In this document: in pieces, positions 9,252 through 20,100 of the stretch
How the letters are laid out: every line of letters starts with the position of its first letter
Numbering within the stretch: position 1 is the first letter of the stretch
DNA from: Bacteroidota bacterium
GTDB lineage: Bacteria; Bacteroidota; Bacteroidia; Bacteroidales; SZUA-534
Reading direction: 5' to 3'
Length of the DNA: 64,000 bases
Assembly: GCA_003250355.1 (NCBI GenBank)
Contig: QKGS01000040.1
Coordinates: 2,812-66,811 of the forward strand
The notes under the pieces: generated by a model
Told to the model about the DNA's origin: nothing
Seen by the model: only the letters and a program-made list of their open reading frames with translations
The model's database searches: none
Program-made: the position numbers and the translations under genes

Positions 9252-11408
9252 TTATCTTACAATTGTAACAGATAAACTTGATCCGTCGTTGAACAAAAGT
9301 ACGTATAGTCCGGTTGGTAACGGCGAACCGTCAAGATTGTTGGTTGTTATGTTTGCAGGCAATTCGATTTCATATATAACTTTACCTGCTTCGTTAACAA
9401 GTTTTGCTCTCCCTTTTCCTTCAACATAATATGTTGATGTTCCACCAGGTACATTATCGTATAGAATAGCATCGCACGTGCCGGTTTGTTTGAGTTGTAG
9501 GTTACTCTGAATTATCATTTCGCAACCTTCGCTATCAGATAATTTAATAGTATAAATTCCATGATTAAGTTCAGTATTTACCAAAGCAGTAAGTGTATCT
9601 GTAACGCCTGTATAATCATTTACAGCTAAAACATTATATACATAATTATTAGGAGCACTGTTTTCATTAAAATGGAATAGTGTTTTTTTGCAGTCAGACT
9701 TATAGTTGGTTGTTATATCAACCTGATTGATACAATTACATTCAGGAATAACAGGGGCATTAGTTAACAGAATACTGTCGTAGCAAAAAAGCCCTTGTTT
9801 AACGAACAGATAGTTTTCTCCACTTTCAATAGTGTACTTTCCATTTTCAGAAATCACATTAGAATTAATATAGTATTCAGGTAATGATAAAGAATAACTA
9901 AATTCAACACTATTTATTTCAACCTCTGTTTTATTGCAGTTTTCAATTATATCAAAATCTGCATTATCTATAACCGGGTAAGCATTTATAGAAATAACAG
10001 TATCAAAATAGAATTCACAGCCGCTATTGTTAGAATACAGCACTTTATAATTGCCGGGCATAACCGGGTATTTTGTTGCATTTATTATTTGATTTCTGTT
10101 ATTCAGGCTGTCGGCTAAATATGGCGTAACCCAATCGCCCGAAAGTCCTTTGTAAGTAATATCATTGAACTGAACAATATATCCGGAATTGCAATTAAAA
10201 TCAACTGTAAAATTTAGAACATCAGCTTCAATACATTCACATACAGGATACTCAGGTATTGTAACAGTAGTATCAAATAATGTAGAGCAACTGTTATTAT
10301 TTGTTATCTGAACTTTGTATATTCCCGGATTTATGGGATACGTATTATTAGTATTTACTTCGTGTAAAATATTCCCATCACTATCTAATAAATTATAAAT
10401 GAAGCTATAATTAGGCATTAAGGTGTCGTAGCTTATGTTTAATTCAGAAAAGTTAATGGTATATTTTTGAGTGCAGTCGAAATTTATTTCAAAACTCAAA
10501 GTGTTGCCTGCCGGACAGTCATAAGCATATATATATGTTTCGCCAGATAAAATAGTTTTATTAGTCCATACACCTAAGTTTTTTGCAAAAGATGCAACTT
10601 CATAGATAGAGTAGTTTTCTATTATGCTATCAATGGTAATAATTTTATTATTAGATATTTCAACAACACTATCCCACAGATTGTGTGAAAACCAGCGATA
10701 CCATACATAATCAGAGCCAAGGGTATCGGGATATTCTATAGTAATACTTTCTCCCTTATATATATGACACCATTTATCATTAGTAATCTCTTTTTGAGGG
10801 AAGCAATTGAAAATAGTATTATACCCGGGAATACCTGCTAACCTCCTTATTTCAGGCCAGTTGAGTTTATTTTCGCGTAATGTAACAGAGTCTAAGTTGG
10901 GTAGTTGACTGAAATCAGGAAGCTGTGTTAAATAATTATTGTCTGCATTTATAAGGCTAAGATTTGGGTTAGCCCCAAATTCAGGTATACTTTTTATTAA
11001 GTTGTTGCGAAAATCAATTGTGGTAAGTGTTGTTAAATCAGACACATCGGGAGCTTTTGTAAGTCGGTTGTGATTAAGGAATATATATTCAATATTGTTA
11101 AAACCTGTGAGCTTTGGGAATGATGATAGTTTATTCCCATCTGCTATTATCCCTTTTGAATTTTTAAAATACTGTATCTCATTAATATTTGTAACACCGG
11201 TATTGTTTAAATAGAATATGCCATTAAAGTTTTTAGCTTCTACGGTATCTAATTTTCCCAATTCAGGGCTTGCGGCAGATATATTATTAAAAATATAACG
11301 GGCAAATATAGTATCGCTAATATTGATAGTTTGTGCTTTAATAACGCCCGATATCAATAAAGCAATCAATACTCCAATAACTTTTATATGTATATTTTTG
11401 AATATCAT
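9252..11408 (-). CDS. LRR protein with Cys-containing SprB-like repeats and divergent T9SS type B (CHU_C-like) C-terminal domain
   Basis: N-terminal LxxLxLxxNxL repeats; repeats YPINPGIYKV...C / YPVMPGNYKV...C; C-terminus GKVIY...DGSPLPTGLY...VTIVR. Confidence 0.78.
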   Translation of the reverse strand: MIFKNIHIKVIGVLIALLISGVIKAQTINISDTIFARYIFNNISAASPELGKLDTVEAKNFNGIFYLNNTGVTNINEIQYFKNSKGIIADGNKLSSFPKLTGFNNIEYIFLNHNRLTKAPDVSDLTTLTTIDFRNNLIKSIPEFGANPNLSLINADNNYLTQLPDFSQLPNLDSVTLRENKLNWPEIRRLAGIPGYNTIFNCFPQKEITNDKWCHIYKGESITIEYPDTLGSDYVWYRWFSHNLWDSVVEISNNKIITIDSIIENYSIYEVASFAKNLGVWTNKTILSGETYIYAYDCPAGNTLSFEINFDCTQKYTINFSELNISYDTLMPNYSFIYNLLDSDGNILHEVNTNNTYPINPGIYKVQITNNNSCSTLFDTTVTIPEYPVCECIEADVLNFTVDFNCNSGYIVQFNDITYKGLSGDWVTPYLADSLNNRNQIINATKYPVMPGNYKVLYSNNSGCEFYFDTVISINAYPVIDNADFDIIENCNKTEVEINSVEFSYSLSLPEYYINSNVISENGKYTIESGENYLFVKQGLFCYDSILLTNAPVIPECNCINQVDITTNYKSDCKKTLFHFNENSAPNNYVYNVLAVNDYTGVTDTLTALVNTELNHGIYTIKLSDSEGCEMIIQSNLQLKQTGTCDAILYDNVPGGTSTYYVEGKGRAKLVNEAGKVIYEIELPANITTNNLDGSPLPTGLYVLLFNDGSSLSVTIVR

Positions 11409-12445
11409 CGTTCTAATATAGTAATGCCTTTAATACACTTATCGCCATTTTGGTACAACACGATGATTTTATATAATCCCATAGGTAAATATTCGCCGTT
11501 GTTGTTGGTTCCTTCCCACAATAACTTTTCGCCTAGGTAGAAGTTACGTTTGTATACCTCTTTCATTGTTTCGCTATATACTATTATACTACCTGCCGAC
11601 AAAGCCGATGAAGTTATTGTTATTTGTTCATTGTATGAAGGCTCATAAGTTTCAGGAACAGTAAAATCGCAACCATTTTTCTCAACTTCACTGTTCCAAT
11701 TATTATCAGAACTCTCTTTGTGAGTTATTTCATCGGTTTGAGTTACAGGTTTAGTTGTTTTCTTTTGTTCAACAACATTTTTTTCTCCATTAGCTTCACT
11801 TTTCTTTATTTCGGACTGTTTTTCATTATCAACATTAGGTAATGCAACTATTGTTGTTTTACTTTCATTGGTCTTACTATCCACATCAGCATTGGCTTTT
11901 GGTTCAGGCTTTTGCTCTTTTGTTCTTTCAGGCAAGCTGTCCAATTCTTTTTGTGGGTTGTTTTCAATATTATTCTTAGGTGTGTCATTTTCACCTCCGT
12001 TTTTATTTTTTAAGGAATTAACATCATTCAATTCAGTATTATCGGTATTGTTTTTCTCAATTGCAGTAATTGAGTCAGTGCTATTAATTACCGGTTTTTC
12101 TATAGTTGTTTCATTTGTTTTATTGGGCAGAGTTTCATTTTTACTGTTATTGTTGAATACAAAATAAAGAGCCGTTCCGGCAACAACAGCAGTTGCAACA
12201 GTTACTACTTTTTTGTATAATTTTTTTGCCTTTGCTTGTTTAGCATATCCTTTAGCTGCCTGTTTAAAATTAATAAGTTCGTTCTCTTCAAGTAACACCT
12301 TTGCAGCCCTGAATGTCTCAAGGTGTTCGGCAACTTCCGGATTGCTGTTAACCTCATCGAACAGCAATGATGCTTCGTCATTAGGCAGCTCTCTGCGCAG
12401 ATACCTGAAAAGGTTATTATATATATTTTGTAAATCGCCGGTCAT
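11405..12445 (-). CDS. Putative membrane-anchored anti-sigma factor with C-terminal T9SS type B-like domain
   Basis: N-terminal RYLRRELPNDE...V..N.E anti-sigma-like helices, one TM helix, long N/E/K/T-rich linker, then WEGTNNNGEYLPMGLY...GITILER. Overlaps the sigma gene. Confidence 0.65.
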   Translation of the reverse strand: MTGDLQNIYNNLFRYLRRELPNDEASLLFDEVNSNPEVAEHLETFRAAKVLLEENELINFKQAAKGYAKQAKAKKLYKKVVTVATAVVAGTALYFVFNNNSKNETLPNKTNETTIEKPVINSTDSITAIEKNNTDNTELNDVNSLKNKNGGENDTPKNNIENNPQKELDSLPERTKEQKPEPKANADVDSKTNESKTTIVALPNVDNEKQSEIKKSEANGEKNVVEQKKTTKPVTQTDEITHKESSDNNWNSEVEKNGCDFTVPETYEPSYNEQITITSSALSAGSIIVYSETMKEVYKRNFYLGEKLLWEGTNNNGEYLPMGLYKIIVLYQNGDKCIKGITILER

Positions 12446-13013
12446 AGTCTATAAATATTGTTCTTAGGTCACTCTCATTTTGCAAAAGCTTAACAAGTTT
12501 TTCTTTGCATCGGCTTTTTATTATTTTTACTACTCCTTCGTTAGCAAAGCCATATTCTTCGGCTATATCTTTGTACTTCTGTTCTTGAAACAAAATGGCT
12601 TTAAATACATTAGCGCATTTTTCGCCAAGCATTTCAAATACTTTTTTTATTGTATTCTCTTTTTCATTTACAGTAGTCTGATAATTAATATCTTCGTCCC
12701 ATTCTCCGTTTTCTTCATATCCTTCAAAAGCTTCCGACTTACTGTCGCGTTTCACTTTATTTATCCACAAATTCCGGCATACTATAAATAAAAAACTGTT
12801 TATATTTTCATTTTTATCAAAACTGCCGTTTCTTATTTTTCGAACCAGTATAACCATGGCATCTTGAAAAACGTCTTGAATATCGTCAGAATTGGCACCC
12901 TGCTTTTTCAATGTGCGCTCTATTCCGGGATATGCATTCTTGTATAAAGTAGCTATTACTTTCCTGTCGTTTTTGTCAAGAATGGACTGAACTATTTTAT
13001 CTTCGTACTTCAT
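12417..13013 (-). CDS. ECF sigma-70 family RNA polymerase sigma factor
   Basis: DIQDVFQDAM, FLFIVCRNLWIN (region 2); LGEKC...YKDIAEEYG...SRCKEKL (region 4). Confidence 0.92.
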   Translation of the reverse strand: MKYEDKIVQSILDKNDRKVIATLYKNAYPGIERTLKKQGANSDDIQDVFQDAMVILVRKIRNGSFDKNENINSFLFIVCRNLWINKVKRDSKSEAFEGYEENGEWDEDINYQTTVNEKENTIKKVFEMLGEKCANVFKAILFQEQKYKDIAEEYGFANEGVVKIIKSRCKEKLVKLLQNESDLRTIFIDYDRRFTKYI

Positions 13014-13048
13014 TTTGCTTTAATTACAATCGCACTTATAAATGGTTA

Positions 13049-13915
13049 TCACTTTTTACTGTAAAAAATTAATCCTGCCTGAACCGACGAGGTGTTGTAT
13101 CGGAATTCAAATACACCGGTTTGTATTTGGTAACCAATATACGCTTCTACAACCGATTTTCTATGCCAGTTGTATTCAAATCCCACGCTGGTAAAAAAAT
13201 CGCCGTCGGTATTAAAACTTGCACCGGCCATAATTTTTTCTTTGAATATGGTTTTTGTCCCTGCCGACAATTGAGTGTAATACTCGGAATATACATCGAG
13301 TCGGCCGTATCCGTAGCCGCTCCATTTTTTATCTCTTGTTTTATAATTTCGTAATATAAGAGCTTGAAAAAAACGGGGCAGGTATGTTTCTTCATAAAAT
13401 GGCGATAACTTTGGCCGGGTAATTTGGTTTATGGTAATATTTATTGTGTTTCTTTTGTCGTAATAAGCCAACGCAATACTGCCGTCGGCTTTAGTGTCTG
13501 AGCCGCTGGGGCCTCCGGTATTATTGGCAATGGAGTAATTAACCAATCCTACCGATACTCCCCCTGCTATTTGTTGCTTTTTGTTCAGTGGTATATGTAC
13601 AGCATAGTTAATATAAGCACGATCTCTTTTTATAAACTTACCCTTTCGGTTAGCTATGGCATTTATACCAATATTAGTATTGCGAAATGAATACTGCCCA
13701 TTCATTTGCAACGAGCGTATTTCTTTAAATAAACCTGTTCTTTGTTTTGCAAATGTACTTGCTTTAAAGTCTTGTTTGTTAGGGCTTTCCAAATAATCGG
13801 CAAGCGATGGCACCATTGTATTACGGGCAATTATATCTTCGGGGTATAACGAAAAGTTTTGAGCAATTGCAGTTGCACAAATTATTGTGAAATATATTGT
13901 AAATACTTGTTTCAA
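13049..13915 (-). CDS. PorP/SprF-like T9SS outer-membrane barrel protein
   Basis: 288 aa with signal peptide and alternating beta strands; PorP-like P....(RQ.TG)...YINYAVHIPL...GVSVG pattern; upstream of type B CTD cargo. Confidence 0.65.
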   Translation of the reverse strand: MKQVFTIYFTIICATAIAQNFSLYPEDIIARNTMVPSLADYLESPNKQDFKASTFAKQRTGLFKEIRSLQMNGQYSFRNTNIGINAIANRKGKFIKRDRAYINYAVHIPLNKKQQIAGGVSVGLVNYSIANNTGGPSGSDTKADGSIALAYYDKRNTINITINQITRPKLSPFYEETYLPRFFQALILRNYKTRDKKWSGYGYGRLDVYSEYYTQLSAGTKTIFKEKIMAGASFNTDGDFFTSVGFEYNWHRKSVVEAYIGYQIQTGVFEFRYNTSSVQAGLIFYSKK

Positions 13916-14092
13916 CTTACCCCTTTTAGTTGTATATAACCTGTTAGCTTAGTAGAAATGTAGCAAATAAAGGAGAACTAATATAGCATAAAAATAAAAT
14001 GATTGGAGTTTTATATGTGAAAATTTAAGATAATTATTCTGCGGAATCACTACATTTACAGCAATATATCTAAAACATTAACTCGCTTTACT

Positions 14093-15304
14093 ATGAAAAC
14101 AAGGCTATTGCTTTTTTCTCTATTATTTAGTCTGTCGGCATTGGCTGCAACAGTTGAAAAACCTGAATATCACTATTCGGCATCGTGCATGAAATCAAAC
14201 TGTGTTATTTCAAAGCCACAAATATTATTTGTAGGCGATTCGCTTTATATATATGACTGTGTATCTGCAAACTGTTGTGCAAACTTTGAACTTAATGTTT
14301 CAGAACCGGTGAATGACACACTTACTGTAACATTTACTGACACTGCTTCATTGCTTTGTACCTGTAGTTGCGATTTTAGTGTTACTATAAATGCCGGTAA
14401 AATAGCATCGAAAGATATTGTTGTTCAATACAGCGGAGAGTCATATCCGATGAATGCTAAAGCAATACTTCCTATAATTGAGAAAGGGAAAACGTGGAAT
14501 GTTGAAACTATCAATATGGCTATGGGGCCGTTACCGGTTACAGCTCAATATATGGTTGAACCAAATTCAGAGCGTCCATTTTGTTGGAATGGATTATTTT
14601 ATACTAAAATCAGTAAAAGCCATCTTATAGCATTAAAATCGGGAAGCCTTAATAACGAGGCGGTTTACATTAGAGAGTACAATGGAAAGGTTTACTATAT
14701 GGATGATACAACTCAGTGCCGCGAGATATTGATTTACGATTTTACGCTCAATAAAGGCGATTCAGTAACAGTTGGCGACTCTAATGATTATTTAAGTCAT
14801 TTAAAGGTTGATTCGGTTAATTATATTCAGTACAATGATGGCGTAAGCAGAAAAACTATGTACCTGTCGGGCGATGGCAATAAAATATGGATAGAAGGAA
14901 TTGGCGATACTAATTCACCTTTTTATTATTGGTTACCATTACCAAATAAAAGATGCAAATGTGGTGATAGTTCGTACGAAAAGCTGATTTGTTGCTCAGT
15001 AAATGATAAGTTGATATACCGGACTCCCGGGTATTACAGCTGTGTAATAATATCATCGGCTACCGATTTTAATTATAGCTTTAGTATTTATCCAAATCCG
15101 GCAAGTAGCTATTTAAACGTTGAAAGTACGGTATATACAGGGGTAAGTTATACTATAACCGATCTTTCAGGCAATATAGTGCAAAAAGGAAATTTGTCAG
15201 ACGAAATAAATATTAACATACCCGACGGAATGTACTTTATATCATTATCAGATGATAAAGGTATTATTGGAGCAGAGAAAATTTTAATAGAAGGGTGCAA
15301 GTAG
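14093..15304 (+). CDS. Cys-rich secreted protein with T9SS type A sorting domain
   Basis: Signal peptide; NCC...CTCSC module; YDFTLNKGD...WIEGIG domain; IYPNPA...GMYFI...KILI C-terminus. Confidence 0.85.
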   Translation: MKTRLLLFSLLFSLSALAATVEKPEYHYSASCMKSNCVISKPQILFVGDSLYIYDCVSANCCANFELNVSEPVNDTLTVTFTDTASLLCTCSCDFSVTINAGKIASKDIVVQYSGESYPMNAKAILPIIEKGKTWNVETINMAMGPLPVTAQYMVEPNSERPFCWNGLFYTKISKSHLIALKSGSLNNEAVYIREYNGKVYYMDDTTQCREILIYDFTLNKGDSVTVGDSNDYLSHLKVDSVNYIQYNDGVSRKTMYLSGDGNKIWIEGIGDTNSPFYYWLPLPNKRCKCGDSSYEKLICCSVNDKLIYRTPGYYSCVIISSATDFNYSFSIYPNPASSYLNVESTVYTGVSYTITDLSGNIVQKGNLSDEININIPDGMYFISLSDDKGIIGAEKILIEGCK

Positions 15305-15361
15305 TATATTTTAGGTAAATAAATAAAAAGCATTCCACTAGAAATGCAGTAGTACCCAATA

Positions 15362-16909
15362 TTAAGCTCCCCAGTTATCACGGTCAAGGCTTCGGTATTG
15401 AATAGCTTCAGCTAAATGGTGCGATTCAATATTTGTACTACTTTCTAAGTCGGCAATAGTTCGTGCAACTTTTAATATACGGTCGTAGGCTCGGGCACTA
15501 AGCCCTACCTTTTCCATTGCATTTTTAATAAGAGCTTGTCCTTGTGTGTTCAGGTCGCAATATTTACGAATAAGCTTAGTGGTCATTTGTGCATTGCAAT
15601 GCATTCCGTTTATTTCCACAAAACGTTTTTGCTGAATATTGCGTGCTTTGGTAACACGCTCTCGAATGTTAACACTTGGTTCTAGTTGCTCTTTGCCTGA
15701 GAGTTTTTCAAACGGAACCGGTACTACCTCAATATGAATATCGATACGGTCAAGTAGTGGTCCCGATATTTTATTAAGGTACTTTTGCCTTATTCCGGGT
15801 GAGCAAACACACTCTTTATCGGGGTGGTTATAGTAACCGCAAGGGCATGGGTTCATACTTGCCACAAGCATAAAACTGGCCGGGTATTCTACCGTAAATT
15901 TTGCCCTTGAAATGGTTATTATTCGGTCTTCGAGTGGCTGTCGCATTACTTCAAGTACTGTTCGTTGAAATTCAGGAAGCTCATCAAGAAAAAGGACACC
16001 ATTGTGCGATAGCGATATTTCGCCCGGCTGTGGATAAGCACCTCCTCCAACAAGTGCAACATCGGATATAGTGTGGTGCGGGCTGCGAAAGGGGCGGGTT
16101 AACATCAGTGATGTTTCTTTGTCTATTTTACCGGCTACCGAGTGTATTTTGGTGGTTTCAAGTGCTTCGTGCAATGTAAATGGAGGCAATACAGACGGTA
16201 CGCGTTTTGCCAGCATAGTTTTTCCGGCTCCCGGAGGCCCTATCATTATTATGTTATGCCCACCAGCAGCAGCTATTTCCATAGCTCGCTTTACATTTTC
16301 CTGTCCCCGAACATCGTTAAAATCGAATTCGGGGAATTTCAACCCTTCGCTGAACTCTTTACGAGTATCTATAAGGGTGGGTTCTATAATATTTTCACCG
16401 TTAAGGTGTTCAATTACCTCTTTAATATTTTTTACCCCTAATACTTCAAGATCATTTACAACTGCTGCTTCACGCGCATTTGCCTTGGGCAAGATAAACC
16501 CTTTAAAACCTTCGGAACGGGCTTTTATGGCTATGGGTAAAACTCCTTTTATTGGTTGTAAGCTACCATCGAGCGATAGTTCGCCCATAATGATATAGCG
16601 TTCTAATTCGGGGCAGTTTATTAAACCTGAGGCGGCTAACATACCTATGGCAAGGGGTAAATCAAATGCAGAACCTTCTTTGCGAATATCGGCAGGAGCC
16701 ATATTTATAACAGTTTTGAATGTCTGCATTTTGTAACCGTTGTTTTTAATGGCTGCATTTATACGGTGTTGGCTCTCTTTTACCGCACTGTCGGGTAGCC
16801 CAACCAAATTAAAATTTACCCCTGTCGATATGTTTACTTCTATTGTAATGGTAGTGGCATCGATACCAAAAACAGCACTTCCATAGGTTTTAACTAGTTT
16901 TTCGGGCAT
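15362..16909 (-). CDS. comM: YifB/ComM family Mg-chelatase-like AAA+ ATPase
   Basis: VGLPDSAVKES, NMAPADIRKEG, GPPGAGKT, PFRSPHH, FLDELPEF, NPCPCG, LSARAYDR. Start set at MPEKLVKTYG (16909) rather than 17059. Confidence 0.93.
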   Translation of the reverse strand: MPEKLVKTYGSAVFGIDATTITIEVNISTGVNFNLVGLPDSAVKESQHRINAAIKNNGYKMQTFKTVINMAPADIRKEGSAFDLPLAIGMLAASGLINCPELERYIIMGELSLDGSLQPIKGVLPIAIKARSEGFKGFILPKANAREAAVVNDLEVLGVKNIKEVIEHLNGENIIEPTLIDTRKEFSEGLKFPEFDFNDVRGQENVKRAMEIAAAGGHNIIMIGPPGAGKTMLAKRVPSVLPPFTLHEALETTKIHSVAGKIDKETSLMLTRPFRSPHHTISDVALVGGGAYPQPGEISLSHNGVLFLDELPEFQRTVLEVMRQPLEDRIITISRAKFTVEYPASFMLVASMNPCPCGYYNHPDKECVCSPGIRQKYLNKISGPLLDRIDIHIEVVPVPFEKLSGKEQLEPSVNIRERVTKARNIQQKRFVEINGMHCNAQMTTKLIRKYCDLNTQGQALIKNAMEKVGLSARAYDRILKVARTIADLESSTNIESHHLAEAIQYRSLDRDNWGA

Positions 16910-17192
16910 AGTATGTAATTCTTTTCGGGTTGTTGAAAAGAGGAAAATACTATTTTTTTGATAAATAAAAAATAGGAATATTGATAATGCAGTAAAAAAC
17001 AGATACAATAACACATTAGTAAAGGAGATAATAGTGCTGCAATTCGTTGTTTTTAACATAAGTAAAAAAAACGATATGGCTCAATTTTTTTAATGACTAA
17101 ATATTTTGTACTTTTAGAATAAGTGAACCATAACATTTATTTCCAATTTTTATAATTGTGGGTAAATACTGCGGTTTCTTATTTTAAACAGA

Positions 17193-20100
17193 ATGAAACA
17201 AATATTAACAGGTATATTATTATTACTTTTTGCCGGTAGCAATTTATATTCTACCAATTTTATCCCTTTTGAGCGGCTTGAATCGCACGAGGGGTTAAGT
17301 CTTGTAAAGGATATATACCGCGACGATAACGACTTTCTGTGGATAGCAACCGATGGGTTTGGTCTTAAGCGTTACGATTCGTACCAAATGAAAAGCTTTG
17401 TTCATAACCCCAATGATCTGTTAAGCTTATCGAACGATAATGTTACCAAAATATTTGAAGACAGCCGTAAGAATCTATGGGTTGCAACATTTTCGGGTTT
17501 AGACCTTTTTAACCGCAAAACTGAAAAATTCCATAATTATTTGAACTTTGAAGGGCGATCAACCGATTTTACAAGCCAGTATGTAAATGATATAGTTGAA
17601 GATAATTATGGAAGGCTTTGGATAGCTTCGGGAAACGGTTTGTATGAATACCGATATGCTGAAGACACAATGGTATTCTACAAATTGCCATTTGAAGACC
17701 CAAGACTTAGTAATTTAAAGAACCTTTCGCTCGATAAAGACGGAAATATCTGGATTTCATCAATTGCACCAACAGTTTGTAAATTTATACCTGAATCACA
17801 GAAATTTGAGATATTTGAATTTGAAGAGTTATTAAACTTTACAATTACCTCAACAAGTGTATTAGTTGACAGCGACAACAAAGTTTGGTTAGGATTTGGT
17901 GGTTTTGGTTTAGCGATATTTGACCCTGTAACGGGTAAAACTAACTATGTAAGAAAGGACGAGAATGGCAAAGGATTGTCTAATGTTCTTGTAATGAGTA
18001 TTGAAGAGTTTTATCAGGGGAAAATATATATTGCAACCGATCAGGGAGGTATCAATATTTTTGATAAGCAAACCAATAAGTTTACATATATAAACTCAAA
18101 AAATAAAAATGCCGGGAATCTTTCATCCGACGGAATATATTGTCTTTATAGAGATAGAGAAGGGATACTTTGGGTAGGAACTTCGCGCGGCGGGATAAAT
18201 TTTTATAATCCAAAAAAGCATCGGTTCAACAATATGTTGGAAGCAAATAATATAAAAAGTTATTTTAGCAAAGGGGCAAATATTACACACGGTGTAGTTG
18301 GTACATTTTTAGAAGATACCAAAGGGAATATTTGGATAGGTACTAATGGAGGAGGATTAAACAAATATAACCCCAAAACGGGAGATGTTAAAATATATAC
18401 TACCCGCAATTCCGGATTAAGCACCGATATTATTGCCCGCCTGAGTGAAGATTCTAACGGCGATATATTAATAGCTACATGGCCCGAGGCGGTTCATAAA
18501 TTAATAGTAAAAGAAGACCGCATTATTCAGCTTAACTTTATAAGCAACTATAAAGTAGGTTTTGTACATAATATACTTTGGTCTGTTATGGTAGATAAGA
18601 AAGACCGAATATGGATTGACTTTTCTGAAGGACATGTAATAGTGTTAGATAAAAACAGGAATGAAATTGCAAAGCGTATTATTACTCCCGATCCGGTACA
18701 TTATTTCAACGAATCGGGTTATATTAAGGAGGTTGACAAATACTACAACAATAATCCGGAAGGTATATTTTGGCTCAATGAAGCGACAATGGAATTTGAG
18801 CCATTTATTGAACGTGGCGACATATTTTGTTTTAAACGCGATAGTAGGGGAAATTACTGGACAGGAACTTTAAAAAGCGGTGCTTTCTGTTATAACAATA
18901 AGGGGGAATTACTTTTTTCATTAAATACCGATAATGGCTTGTCGAATAATACGGTTTATGCTATTGAAACATCAGACGAAGGGGCTGTTTGGTTAGCAAC
19001 GAATAACGGACTAAATGAGTTTTCTTATTCCGATTCTACAATATTCAGCTATTATGAATCGGACGGGTTGCAAAGCAATCAGTATTTTATGCAGGCTTCA
19101 CTTAAAACACGCAACGGGCAAATATTTTTTGGAGGCACTGAAGGCATTGACTATTTCTACCCCAAAGAGATACAGCGAAACAATTTCCTTCCCAAAGTAC
19201 ATTTGAACGAAATGCTTATAAGAAACAATAGTGGCGAAGAACAAAATGTACTTAGTGCGAATAGAGATACGGCTGATATTATCAGGCTTAGCTGGAATGA
19301 GAATAGAATTGTATTCAAGTATTTTGCCATTAACTATACCTTTCAGGAAAAAACCAGATACAAGTATAAACTTGCAGGTATTGACACCGACGAGTGGATA
19401 ATAACCGGTTTGCGACAAGCTACTTATACCAACTTAAAGCCCGGCAAATATACTTTTAGTGTAATGGCTTCCAATAACGATGGAATATGGAATAATGAAG
19501 TGGCGGAGATAAGTTTTGCAATAGAAGCACCATTTTGGCTACGAATATGGTTTTATTTTGTTTGTGTTTTAGTATTGGCATTTTTTGTTTATTTATCTAT
19601 GCAGTGGAGAGAGCGTTCTTTAATTCGCGATAAGGAAAACCTTAGAAGAAATGTTCAGGAACGCACCCGTGTTATTGAGGCTCAGAAAGAAGAACTGGTG
19701 CGACACCGCAATGAGCTTAATATGCATAAAGAGAAGCTTGAAGATTTAGTAAAAGAGCGTACTAAAGAGCTTGAAGAGGCAAAAATAAAGGCTGAGAACT
19801 CTGATCGTTTAAAGTCGCATTTCCTTGCTAACTTGTCGCATGAAATACGTACTCCAATGAACGCAATAGTTGGCTTTTCAACATTGCTTAAAGACCCTCA
19901 ATTTGAAAAAGAAGAGAAAAGAAGTTTCATTGACACCATTATCGACAATTCAAACTCTCTAATGGTATTGATAGAAGATATTCTCGACTTTTCACTCATT
20001 GAAGCCGGACAGCTAAGAATAAATATTGAGAGTTTCAGTATTATAGAATTGATTAAAGATGTTCATTCTACACATAGTATTAATGCAGCTTTAAAGCAAA

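Noticed and set aside
16910-17059. 50-aa N-terminal extension of ComM in the ORF track (similar extensions for dnaG, tlpA, lpxH, rfbB)
   Set aside because: The extensions run through promoter-like or REP sequence; family-typical N-termini begin at the downstream ATG.
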